Virus record (IMG/VR): IMGVR_UViG_3300031957_003334
Location: 1-56,309 of that record
Direction: 5' to 3' (one strand)
Length of the DNA stretch: 56,309 nt
From: a virus
Lineage: Duplodnaviria; Caudoviricetes
In this document: positions 29,401-37,498 of the stretch, in pieces
How positions within the stretch are numbered: position 1 is the first letter of the stretch
Layout of the letters: each line of letters opens with the position of its first letter
Notes under the pieces: model-generated
Databases searched by the model: none
Seen by the model: only the letters and a program-made list of their open reading frames with translations
What the model was told of the DNA's origin: nothing
Program-made: the position numbers and the translations under genes

Positions 29401-31874
29401 AGAAGCTGATCTTGTCGAGGAGGGGAAGTTATTACCCGTCGATCCTTATCTTCATTGTAAGAAACTTCTTTGTTTGTGAGATTTAAATCCGTAGCAATTT
29501 CTACAACATCAATACCTCTAATAAGATCATTGAGCATGATGCGACCATAGTTTACGCCCTTCCTAGAATCTGCTAGTCCAGCAGCGGCATTATATGGATC
29601 ATCTGGTCCACACCCTAACGCAGCCTTGAAAACATCCTTAAGAACACCCAAAATTAACTGCTTTATAAATGCTATAAGCATGAGTTGAATTTGTTTTTTC
29701 CAGAGCGACCAAAGATTGCTGTTAAACCCTTTTTTAAAACTAAATCTTAGTGGGGGATTTACAATTCCTCGTGTTACTAATTTATTAATTTCCTTTGGGG
29801 TACCAGCAGGCTTAAGGATTTGATCTTCAATAGCAGTTCCAATAAGATCAGTGATACAAGATATCTCACTATTAACCCAGTTCTCAGCATCTCTGGCTAT
29901 AGCAGATGGATCTTCGGCATAGCGAATGGCATCATTTAATCTCTCTTGATTTATTTTTTCTTTTATAAGTTCATCACGCACCAACAAGGCAGCATACTTT
30001 GTGAGGCTCCAAACTGGCGCTCTACCATTAATTAATCTATAGATGGTAAATGCTTCCTTGAGAAGCGTTGATTGCACGCTGTCACACGAGCCCATAGCAC
30101 TGGTTACAGAATAAAAAAGATCCTTCTGGCTTACCGCCATCCGAGATAAATCGCCGGGGGGTGGGTTGTCTGTTAACTGATCTATCTTTTGAAAGATATT
30201 AGGTGGTTTAGCAATTCTAAAATCTTTTCGGTCTCTTTTCCTTTGTTGTGTTGTCGGGGAAATCTTAATTTTTGGAATAACATAGGTGCTTAAAAATTCA
30301 TCCCACAAAGGTCTCTCTGATTGGTTTTGGGTACCTATTACATTATCAATCAACAAACTGTTAAAAATAAACCCAAAAGTTCGATTTCCAAATGTAGCAA
30401 AAACATCAACTGCTTTCTGAGAGGTCAAGGGGGCTTCTTCATCAACCAAAGACGAGGGAAGAAGAAAGGTGGCACCTAAACCCTTTGAATACAAAACTCC
30501 ATCAAGAATGATATAAGATATTCTCATATCCTCTCTAAAAACAAATTCAATTAAATTTGATAAATCATCATCTGTGGTTATATCGTTATACAGAAAAAAC
30601 GAACTCAAGCTGTCGTAAAAAGTTTCTAGTTTTAATATCTCTCTTTCAATGTCAAATCCCGAAACAACATCTGGTGTTATTTGTTCCGCTATCATAATAT
30701 TTTCATAGTCTTTTAATACTCTAATGGTTCCTCTGATTGATTCTTGTAATCCTCTTAGCGTAAACGTACTATGTCTTAGGCTCGTATTTTTATCAGGGTC
30801 TATTAAAAGTTCTGCCTTTTGGTACGGCTCAAAATCAATATCTTGAGTTGATTCATTCTGCGCCACGTCCTCCAAGAGATCTCCATCGATCATCGCCTTT
30901 GGAATAATAACAGCATAAACCCAACGAGAGGATGGTCTTTTGTTAAGGTATGTTCTCACCTCTACTTCATTGCGAGGAATCAATGTGAAATTTTGGGAGG
31001 AAAACTTTCCTACTAGTTTCAGTATTTCTTCAATTCCTTTCTCTTTAGCAGAGGCAATAGCGTTTCGGGTCGCTTCGCTTGAGTCTAAGAGTCCAAGGTC
31101 ATATGTTTGTTTGTTGCGAGTATTTGTTCTTTTTACAAAATAATAGTTTTCATCATTGGGGTTATAATAATATGTTTGGGATGCTTCGCCAGGCAATGCA
31201 TTATTGTACCAGTTGTAAAGATCGATCGTATCAGACTGCCCCCTAAAAGGTATGACATTTTGGTCTTCGACTGTAGAGACCGTTGGTTCAAGTAGCGATG
31301 TGATAGGGTTCCCAAAGGAGGCTCTTATTTTTCTTCGGCGAGATATTGAAAAAGTATAAGGAATAGAAATCAATTGAGAAGTGGTTTGTTTTAATAGGTT
31401 CTCTTCAGAGACATTGAATGGAACATCTGCTCTGTTTAGATCGTCGTCTATTAGGTGTTCAACCCCACTAGATCCAGTGATGGCTGCTTGGTTTTCAGGA
31501 TCTTGAGCCTCCTTGGATGTTGGAGATGTGTAGGCTTCCTCTCCACCGATGTTTAAAATTGCGCTAGAAATACGATTGAGTTGATTTATTGCTTCATTGT
31601 CTGATAGCATGTCCAAAGAAGAGTTTCCAACTCTGGCGTTTTGCGGGTAAACAGAAACATACGCTTGTATGTCTTGTATTTTTATAGAATCACCTTCGGG
31701 GATAATTCCTGGCTCCGCAGAAATTTCTAGACCGACTTCTGGGAAAAAACCAAAGTTAAGATAAGTGTCTTGAATGCCTGCCAAAACCCATTGGTTTCTA
31801 ACATTAGACCAATCATATTCAAATTGGCTGTAGAATGGGTTTATGATATTTTTTTGTCTGTTGGTTAGTGCCAT
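26421..31874 (-). CDS. Large acidic hypothetical (probable virion) protein
   Basis: 1817 aa ORF between the spike/hub genes and gp25, with a helical, coiled-coil-like C-terminus. No domain recognised. Confidence 0.6.
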   Translation of the reverse strand: MALTNRQKNIINPFYSQFEYDWSNVRNQWVLAGIQDTYLNFGFFPEVGLEISAEPGIIPEGDSIKIQDIQAYVSVYPQNARVGNSSLDMLSDNEAINQLNRISSAILNIGGEEAYTSPTSKEAQDPENQAAITGSSGVEHLIDDDLNRADVPFNVSEENLLKQTTSQLISIPYTFSISRRRKIRASFGNPITSLLEPTVSTVEDQNVIPFRGQSDTIDLYNWYNNALPGEASQTYYYNPNDENYYFVKRTNTRNKQTYDLGLLDSSEATRNAIASAKEKGIEEILKLVGKFSSQNFTLIPRNEVEVRTYLNKRPSSRWVYAVIIPKAMIDGDLLEDVAQNESTQDIDFEPYQKAELLIDPDKNTSLRHSTFTLRGLQESIRGTIRVLKDYENIMIAEQITPDVVSGFDIEREILKLETFYDSLSSFFLYNDITTDDDLSNLIEFVFREDMRISYIILDGVLYSKGLGATFLLPSSLVDEEAPLTSQKAVDVFATFGNRTFGFIFNSLLIDNVIGTQNQSERPLWDEFLSTYVIPKIKISPTTQQRKRDRKDFRIAKPPNIFQKIDQLTDNPPPGDLSRMAVSQKDLFYSVTSAMGSCDSVQSTLLKEAFTIYRLINGRAPVWSLTKYAALLVRDELIKEKINQERLNDAIRYAEDPSAIARDAENWVNSEISCITDLIGTAIEDQILKPAGTPKEINKLVTRGIVNPPLRFSFKKGFNSNLWSLWKKQIQLMLIAFIKQLILGVLKDVFKAALGCGPDDPYNAAAGLADSRKGVNYGRIMLNDLIRGIDVVEIATDLNLTNKEVSYNEDKDRRVITSPPRQDQLLQLHRDVSTIVTPTELGKLLDGTASEVLINTIDEMINAGEVDTQALFNERPQIEWDDKIVVSMYQESLSPRRGADPPYDQPDVRYAVLGFDKDNIVNYFGEIGNQLSEGAREALYGEDPITAIQSYCDDREAVPPDLRWEFDLSDVQKQQQMEEAVNSKRLELISLCSMLEGKFNFQLELEDFLDSIPNAGIYDAILRWIADLSNAAAASISDMFNDDDRVPQPRAPAFYQSAFGGELFDQRDKFGLFRRAIPENLLFSGNNGNRAFLSNTAATDGDAFVELGAGVRLMLTPFAEGQPSPVDGRIKLNLFQQDYDYEIMLPDGETETILKAPLEISNLPSQDAPGYSLIPQPELRVNLPEVYPELFNTTLRTFNWSNVDASQNAIKVAANASETLYENISTFYFSPIGRTRLPSTIRSFYQPYFVANDDDCITTPEEAIAKALLGSIEKRVAKFFMNVAPLMRMYLFWNTPDTVRAIGSYMFEKIKKELEEKKLYGVFLQNIDKVEKVFGRVSTQEYEQRQFSNEKIIFTNDMNAEDKFRETIVQSISLVIRRQDTTPYSAINSNFFENIENGYRQMAELMLLQLKENMLNSGDDLISIVGNRGMGGWLYGAAGLPVPQQMVEATDEQKDYILGPGWRENPVNNQAIFDHTPENWFSHDALYYLPVPLFTALQIIMYDKIANIMDRYRKYKFETNSKIAIADDSFLSAVNPTRLPVYSVGYQGFPVFIQGITFYTMEDLENYLAEQQQEAAAGNAAIQRMDEILDEINAQRPELARLALEAQNLVDQAARTAGIADRLVNPAEWLRWIPTLGGVLDQDRQGTNGNIVAIQQWHNYAKRIIKLDIEDMLDTVLEPAAFLGLIGNDRKLTQFQTSGILRDTVKAGRNISRLGEPEEVQNTINDLYTNLMTQFRLYAEYATSVRKLAQENFVEYSYDVIIDTEADANAEARGVEPGDEPRTPDDFRRAVAKENKEVQQIEDLVQSIREQQAAFGDI

Positions 31875-31885
31875 ATTGTTATATA

Positions 31886-32782
31886 TTAATTTGTCGTGTT
31901 GTGGTCACTATTAATATATCCCTCTCCCCAGGGAAATAAGTAATTATTTACCCAATTGAATAGATTCTTTTCGTGGTTTTGCATTTTAGCAGTTAAAATA
32001 CCTAGACCCACAGATTGTCCTACTGATGCACCTTTTACTACTGGATCGACTGCACCAGCAGCCATAGGGGTAACCAGTGCTGTATATTGAAGCATAAAAT
32101 CTGTTAACAAAGAGTGGGTATCAGAAATAAGTTCAGCCATTTCATAAAGGGCGTGCTGAAGAGAATCTCCTTTAACAAGAGGCTCTTGATTGGAATCATC
32201 ATTGCCGGCAATAAGATCTATACCCTGAACTGTGTCGCTAATATTAAACCCTGGGGAATTATAAACATTTCCGCCAGTGACAAGTTTTATCCCCTGTCTT
32301 CCCACTATCCTAACTCCATCTGCTTTTATGGCTATGCCAGAGCCTCCTCTCATATTCCCAATGTTTCCGTCTACAAGAGAAAAGTTATCATCAATGTTTG
32401 TTTTCTGGCTTATGTAAATGCGAGCGGCATCTAATTCCGGACTTTTGTCCGTTACAACTGCAATTCCATCTTCTTCCTCACGACACATAATGCCGGTCAT
32501 TCCTGCCACTATATCAATACAACCAGCATGAGTATGTCCATTTCCCCCATAGCCACTGCTTTTTCCTCTTGGTCGGTCTCTGCCTAATATGATAAAAGTG
32601 TTATTGTTGCCCTGGAAAACTTTTTCGATGGGCGTACTGTTATATATTGGATTTGGTTCGACTATGTTTTGATTATAAAAACCACTGTTATACGAATTGG
32701 GAGAAGATTGGTCTCTCAATTGAGATCTTTTTTGTTCGCTTATATTGTCAGGTATGTTTTTTCTTTGTTTTCTGCCGGACAT
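31886..32782 (-). CDS. Probable baseplate spike / gp5 C-terminal-like protein
   Basis: 298 aa. Short beta-repeat-like stretches (IAIKADGVRIVGRQGIKLV), EPLVKGD motif typical of spike C-termini, and translational coupling to the muramidase gene. Confidence 0.4.
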   Translation of the reverse strand: MSGRKQRKNIPDNISEQKRSQLRDQSSPNSYNSGFYNQNIVEPNPIYNSTPIEKVFQGNNNTFIILGRDRPRGKSSGYGGNGHTHAGCIDIVAGMTGIMCREEEDGIAVVTDKSPELDAARIYISQKTNIDDNFSLVDGNIGNMRGGSGIAIKADGVRIVGRQGIKLVTGGNVYNSPGFNISDTVQGIDLIAGNDDSNQEPLVKGDSLQHALYEMAELISDTHSLLTDFMLQYTALVTPMAAGAVDPVVKGASVGQSVGLGILTAKMQNHEKNLFNWVNNYLFPWGEGYINSDHNTTN

Positions 32783-34188
32783 TACCTATTTTTCCTCCAG
32801 AAATTGTACATCTTTACGTCATAAGCATTGACTGCATAATTTGGACCATTATAAATCTTTGCAAATGCCGCAAAATTAGGAGGACTACTGTTAGCAGCTC
32901 GTTTGGCACGGGGATTCTTGTTCATCCAAGCAATCAGCATCAAATCTGATGCTTCGGCAGGATTGTTTCGGAACCCGTCCCAGGCTTTTTGAGGGTCTCC
33001 ACCATATGCATCTAAAAGAGCCCAACCCATAACCTGATACAATCCAAACGATGTACATTCTATCGCCATTGCTGGATCAAGTTCGAATGCCCGAGCGAAT
33101 GCTAATTTTCCCGTCTCTGACGCTGTAGTAGAAAATCCTTTTGATGGGTTTCGAGTATAAGGAATCCTATCCCTTAAATCTGGGCGGCGGCGGTGCCATA
33201 AATGTGGCTCAAACCTAAGAGCGCCGGGATTTCCTCGGCTTTCTACATGACGAACTGCTGCCAAAACTGCACAAGGAATCCCTGCTTTTTCACAAAGCTG
33301 ATCATCGCTCAAGGACCGTTTTGCGCTTTCAGAGACAGTATATTTAGGACCACACCCAGGAATCTCAAGTTGTGGTAACGGAGTTGGAGACTCAAGGGGC
33401 GCTTTTTTAGTTTTTTGCCCAGGCTCTGGGGTAGAAGCCTTAGCAACTGTAGTTGTTCGAGGGGGTGAATCGGAGTATGAGGAGGGTGTCTTTTTGGGTG
33501 TTTTTGGTAATATGCCCCAAAATTCTCCTGCTGTTTGCACGATATCAGCAGTTACTTCCGATGCAGAATCAAAAGCAGAAGAGGCAGCGTCTAGAGCAGC
33601 AGAAGTTTTTTCTAGCGTCCATTCGGCTACACTAGGTTCCGGCTTTGTATCCTCGCAAGGGTTTTTGAAAACTCCTTTCGAGGTTTTTTTATTAGTGCCG
33701 TTAACACTATCATTTTCTAACCCCGCTACACCAGTTTTTATAACCTCAACAACCCGACCACCAATGGCTGGGTTGTGTTTATCATACAGGGTAACTACCA
33801 CATAATCACCGGGCTCCGGTGTTTCTAGCCCTACTCCTGAAAACTCTCCGGGCATAGTATCTTTTATACCTGAAACGTTTTTTATTCCTGGCGGCAAATC
33901 ATCGGGAGACAGCAAATGAGGAAATAAAGCCCTAAGATCTATTTTTACAGAATACGCTTTAGTTGTAGGTGGAAGAAAAGAAGCATACCAAGGAGAACTA
34001 GCAACTTGAGAGTCAATAACTCTTGCTCTAAATTCTTGTGTACCCTGGTGAACAGTGCTTACGTGTGTTTTTGCTTGCGCTAATTTTGAAGCGTGGGCGT
34101 TACTAGATAAACCAGGGACGTATGCCGGTTTGGACGCTGGGCGGTTAGGATTAATTCTCTTTCTGGTATTGTACTTGGGGACTGCCAC
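32782..34188 (-). CDS. Baseplate hub protein with C-terminal N-acetylmuramidase (DUF3380/Muramidase family)
   Basis: C-terminal AVRHVESRG...RFEPH...SFGLYQVMG...FAKIYNGPNY.VNAYD matches the DUF3380 pattern. N-terminal PEPGDYVVV is gp5 OB-fold-like, followed by a P/T/S/K linker. Start moved to GTG 34188 (SD AAGGGGG). Confidence 0.8.
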   Translation of the reverse strand: MAVPKYNTRKRINPNRPASKPAYVPGLSSNAHASKLAQAKTHVSTVHQGTQEFRARVIDSQVASSPWYASFLPPTTKAYSVKIDLRALFPHLLSPDDLPPGIKNVSGIKDTMPGEFSGVGLETPEPGDYVVVTLYDKHNPAIGGRVVEVIKTGVAGLENDSVNGTNKKTSKGVFKNPCEDTKPEPSVAEWTLEKTSAALDAASSAFDSASEVTADIVQTAGEFWGILPKTPKKTPSSYSDSPPRTTTVAKASTPEPGQKTKKAPLESPTPLPQLEIPGCGPKYTVSESAKRSLSDDQLCEKAGIPCAVLAAVRHVESRGNPGALRFEPHLWHRRRPDLRDRIPYTRNPSKGFSTTASETGKLAFARAFELDPAMAIECTSFGLYQVMGWALLDAYGGDPQKAWDGFRNNPAEASDLMLIAWMNKNPRAKRAANSSPPNFAAFAKIYNGPNYAVNAYDVKMYNFWRKNR

Positions 34189-34189
34189 T

Positions 34190-34486
34190 TTAGTCCCCCT
34201 TAATGAGATCAAAAAGTTCTTTCTTATCTAAGTCACTAAGAGAGCCATCTTTTGCGGCGGACTCTTTTTTATAGACAAGGGTGGCTAACTTAACCAATTG
34301 TTCATTGCTGCGCTGTAAAGTTTCTACGTACTTGGCAGCAATAGGTCCAGAGTCTGAGTATCTATCTTGGTTTCCTGGGACTCCCATATACTCTTTTAAT
34401 TCTTGGAGCAAAATCTCTGTTTCTTGACGGTCATTTTTTATGTTGTCAAGTGCCTGCTCTATGAGTGATTCTAAATCTTTACGCAT
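34190..34486 (-). CDS. Hypothetical helical phage protein
   Basis: KYVETLQRSNEQLVKLA helical segment. Start moved to the second Met (SD GAGGGGGG). Confidence 0.6.
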   Translation of the reverse strand: MRKDLESLIEQALDNIKNDRQETEILLQELKEYMGVPGNQDRYSDSGPIAAKYVETLQRSNEQLVKLATLVYKKESAAKDGSLSDLDKKELFDLIKGD

Positions 34487-34508
34487 ATAGTAGCCCCCCC
34501 TCATACAA

Positions 34509-34515
34509 TAAATAG
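34509..34515 (-). promoter_or_regulatory. Putative late-promoter motif CTATTTA
   Basis: In the short gap right after the sigma gene, at the head of the hub/baseplate genes. Confidence 0.45.
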
Positions 34516-34519
34516 ATCG

Positions 34520-35209
34520 TCAGTGAATTTCTCCGTTGTCCCATTTGTTTTTAAACGTTTTGTATCTTTGCCGCATTTTATTCAAACAGCTCACTATTTG
34601 TTTAGTATTGAGTCCCGTTATTTCTCTCATATAAAGATAGATTGCTTTCTTGTTAAAGATTTCTATTTGCTCTATGTTTGTCATCAAAGTTAGAACAGCA
34701 TCTAAAACCTTCTTTTCATTTTCTTTTAGTGCTAGACGATCCCAACTTTCAACCTCTCTGAGCAACGTCAACCAAAACTCTTTTTCCTCTTGTTCTTCCA
34801 GTGCATCTTTGTTGTTGTCCTGCTCTATGGCTTCAACTTCACGTAACATAAGGTCATAATTTATTTCACGTCTATTTTTGACGGCTTGTTTTTTTGCCTT
34901 ATGTGTGAACCAGTTCTTGGTTACTACCGAAAAGTAAGAGAATGCTTTTGTCCCTTGGTCCGGATTGAATTTCCCCAATATGGTCGTAAGCCATATTTTA
35001 CACTCATCCCTAAGTTGGTCAATGTTTTGGAGATTCGTAAATTTATACGTATAAACAATCTTATCAACTAATTCGTTAAAAGCAGGTTGGATTTCTTCTA
35101 CGTACAATTTTGTTCGGATAGTATTATCAAGAGTAGAACAGTATTTTACAATTGCTTCTTCCGTAGCAGTAGTAAAATAGTATTTTTTATTCTTCGCTTT
35201 GCGGCTCAT
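34520..35209 (-). CDS. Phage late-transcription sigma factor, T4 gp55-like
   Basis: KYYFT...EEAIVKY and KFNPDQGTKAFSYFSVVTKNW resemble the gp55 region 2 motif (FDPEK..AFAYFT). Helix-turn-helix-like C-terminus YMREITGLNTKQI. Confidence 0.65.
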   Translation of the reverse strand: MSRKAKNKKYYFTTATEEAIVKYCSTLDNTIRTKLYVEEIQPAFNELVDKIVYTYKFTNLQNIDQLRDECKIWLTTILGKFNPDQGTKAFSYFSVVTKNWFTHKAKKQAVKNRREINYDLMLREVEAIEQDNNKDALEEQEEKEFWLTLLREVESWDRLALKENEKKVLDAVLTLMTNIEQIEIFNKKAIYLYMREITGLNTKQIVSCLNKMRQRYKTFKNKWDNGEIH

Positions 35210-35489
35210 CTAAACTATCTCCTTGGAACAAACTAAAAATTTGCTTATATTCTCTTATGTCACTCCTCATGTCCTTTGTGTGGCGTAGTAAATTTTCTAA
35301 GGTACCATCCCCGTAATACGCTTCCATATTATAGACAACATCTAGGTGATCATGATATTGGGTTACTACAGACAACAATTTGTCTGAGATTTGTGAATGA
35401 TAGCGGAAGCGAACCAAAAGTTCACGGATATACCAAACACAAAATATGTTCAAAAAAACGCTTACACAAAAAATTCCCCACCAAATCAT
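35187..35489 (-). CDS. Small protein with N-terminal transmembrane helix
   Basis: MIWWGIFCVSVFLNIFCVWYI hydrophobic stretch followed by a helical soluble part. Confidence 0.55.
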   Translation of the reverse strand: MIWWGIFCVSVFLNIFCVWYIRELLVRFRYHSQISDKLLSVVTQYHDHLDVVYNMEAYYGDGTLENLLRHTKDMRSDIREYKQIFSLFQGDSLDEPQSEE

Positions 35490-35746
35490 TTCTTGTAAAC
35501 TCTCTTTTTCAAGTTCTTTTTCAAACCAGATAGGGCGTGACGATTATCCTCAATGTGTTCTTCTACAACTTCCCCAGTTTTTTTGTTTTTTGTTTGATTT
35601 TTTTTGTTTATTTTTATAGGGGACATAATCTTCTTAAGCGAACCAGAAGTTTCACATTTTTCACAATCCGTAAGCGTGTCACGATATGAGTGCGTTTTTT
35701 CAAGCACTATATCACAACTTATACACCTGTAGGAATATCGAGGCAT
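35486..35746 (-). CDS. FmdB-family zinc-ribbon protein
   Basis: MPRYSYRCISC...CEKC...LKKIMS pattern. Confidence 0.8.
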   Translation of the reverse strand: MPRYSYRCISCDIVLEKTHSYRDTLTDCEKCETSGSLKKIMSPIKINKKNQTKNKKTGEVVEEHIEDNRHALSGLKKNLKKRVYKK

Positions 35747-35943
35747 TATTCAGTCTCAAAGACTGGCTTCGTATTATTTGTATTCAATTCAAAGGCTGGT
35801 GGATTAGTCACAATGATTTCAGAAGTATTGTCATCTACTTCAAGGTTCCAGTCTTTTAACAATTCTGTAATATCTGTTTGTTCCGCCAAACACTTTTGCA
35901 GAGTCATCAGGAGTGCCCCGACTGCTTGATTAGATAATTTCAT
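35746..35943 (-). CDS. Hypothetical phage protein
   Basis: 65 aa, coupled to both neighbours (1 nt gap and TAATG overlap). Confidence 0.55.
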   Translation of the reverse strand: MKLSNQAVGALLMTLQKCLAEQTDITELLKDWNLEVDDNTSEIIVTNPPAFELNTNNTKPVFETE

Positions 35944-35944
35944 T

Positions 35945-36349
35945 TTATTCCTCCAATAGGTATTTTTGAACTAAAGTGTGGATAGAACCATCAACAATGT
36001 TCTTCCACGAATCATCCTCATTGATAATTTTTTCCCTGATACTTGTCGCTGAAATAAATCCTATGTCCTTGGGTGGTACATGTTCATTGATTGCATACCC
36101 AACCCCTCTTCCATAGTTTACGCTGGAAATATCTGGGATAGCCATAACGACAACATCTTGGTCTCTATAGACTTGCTCAATCATTTCAATAGTTTGTTCT
36201 GTGGTGAAGGGGTTTTTCTCATCGGGCGGAATATCTCGAACAGCAATAAGAACAGGGTCGCCCTCGGATAGCCTTTGTTCTATTAGCCATTTATGCCCAT
36301 CATGAAAAGGTTGCCACCTTCCCACAAACATTGCTCTTTTAGTAGTCAT
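35945..36349 (-). CDS. HxGH-superfamily (cytidyltransferase-like) nucleotidyltransferase
   Basis: GRWQPFHDGH and ISATSIR motifs in 134 aa. Confidence 0.8.
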   Translation of the reverse strand: MTTKRAMFVGRWQPFHDGHKWLIEQRLSEGDPVLIAVRDIPPDEKNPFTTEQTIEMIEQVYRDQDVVVMAIPDISSVNYGRGVGYAINEHVPPKDIGFISATSIREKIINEDDSWKNIVDGSIHTLVQKYLLEE

Positions 36350-37292
36350 TTCTTTCTTCTCCTAAGATATCGGTAAGTGTCTTTTTCCAAGTTTTAAATG
36401 TATATCCTCGATCATCAATATAGATGTCAGCAGGTATTTTGAAATTAGATATTTCATCAAAATAGTGGAGCATATCATTGTCCTCAAGCCACTTCTCAAT
36501 AACAACAGCGGGTCTGGATGACATAACCACAAGACGCTTACCAGCGAGTTTTAACTTTTCGAAGGACTCTCTGGCATTTTCCATTGGCTCATCATAGGCA
36601 TTGAACAGACCCTTAAAACCTTGACTATATTTGTGGATAACTCCATCAAAATCTACAGCGATAGTTCTTTTCTTTTCGAGCACGTTAACTTCATTTACAC
36701 TTGAAAAATAATTATTTTTTTCCAAATAATCAACAATCATTGTAGCGCATTGTTCAATTGTATTAAGCGACGTATTCACAGTTATTTCCGGATCATACGG
36801 TTGTTCATAAGGAGCACTAACTCCTGTAAAACTTGGTATTTCGCCAGACCTAGCCTTTTTATAAAGTCCTTTAGGGTCACGCTCCTCGCAAACTTCTAGC
36901 GGCGCATCCACATAAACCTCTATAAAACAATCACCGATTACTTCACGAGCGGCGAGCCGGTCCTCAATATAAGGGGATATAAACGCTGTACAAACAATAT
37001 CGCCGGATTGCGCAAAAAGATTAGCAACTTCAGAAATACGGCGAATATTTTCTTTTCTATCCTCTGGTTTAAATCCTAAGTCTTTATTAAGACCCATTCT
37101 TACGTTGTCTCCATCCAACAGGTGTGTCTTGCACTTCTTCCTATGAAGCAGGACTTCAACAGCGTTTGCCAGCGTTGATTTACCTGAACCGGACAGTCCA
37201 GTAAACCACAACACAGCGGGCTTATGCGTGTTTTGCAGGATCTTGTCTTTAAGGGATACCGAAGTTTTGTGATAATGCAGATTTTTGTTCAT
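36339..37292 (-). CDS. cysC: Adenylyl-sulfate (APS) kinase fused to a C-terminal HAD-like domain
   Basis: WFTGLSGSGKST, LDGDNVR, RKENIRR, RDPKGLYKKAR and FTGVSAPYE. C-terminal IAVDFDGVI...MSSR...K..ADIYIDDR. Start moved to ATG 37292 (ATGA overlap). Confidence 0.9.
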   Translation of the reverse strand: MNKNLHYHKTSVSLKDKILQNTHKPAVLWFTGLSGSGKSTLANAVEVLLHRKKCKTHLLDGDNVRMGLNKDLGFKPEDRKENIRRISEVANLFAQSGDIVCTAFISPYIEDRLAAREVIGDCFIEVYVDAPLEVCEERDPKGLYKKARSGEIPSFTGVSAPYEQPYDPEITVNTSLNTIEQCATMIVDYLEKNNYFSSVNEVNVLEKKRTIAVDFDGVIHKYSQGFKGLFNAYDEPMENARESFEKLKLAGKRLVVMSSRPAVVIEKWLEDNDMLHYFDEISNFKIPADIYIDDRGYTFKTWKKTLTDILGEERNDY

Positions 37293-37498
37293 TTTTTTTC
37301 TACCCCGAACTTGGATAGATTGTACCATAATCTTTCATGTCCGTAATATAAAATTATTTTAGTTATCAATTCTACAGCACCTATCTTAACTCCAACCATA
37401 GGATCTCCAGAGATTAGCCAACCCAAAAGAATCGTGTCGAGCGTACCAACTATGCGCCAACTTATTGCTTTTGCTAAATGTCTTTTACGAGCAACCAT
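37289..37498 (-). CDS. DUF2061 small membrane protein
   Basis: KRHLAKAISWRIVGTLDT...E.ITKIILYYGHERLW signature. Start moved to ATG 37498 (TAATG overlap). Confidence 0.85.
   Translation of the reverse strand: MVARKRHLAKAISWRIVGTLDTILLGWLISGDPMVGVKIGAVELITKIILYYGHERLWYNLSKFGVEKK

Noticed and set aside
7987-31874. Inteins or introns in the very long ORFs
   Set aside because: No intein splice-junction or LAGLIDADG/HNH motifs were recognised, and the frames are uninterrupted.
13144-34188. Extracellular contractile injection system or tailocin
   Set aside because: The late sigma factor, resolvase, nuclease, nucleotidase and T4-style gp6 fit a phage better, and no Afp15-like ATPase is seen. Capsid and terminase genes are outside the window, so this is not formally excluded.
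35187-35489. Holin or spanin call for the small membrane protein
   Set aside because: Only one TM helix supports it. There is no lipoprotein partner, and the nearby muramidase looks virion-associated.
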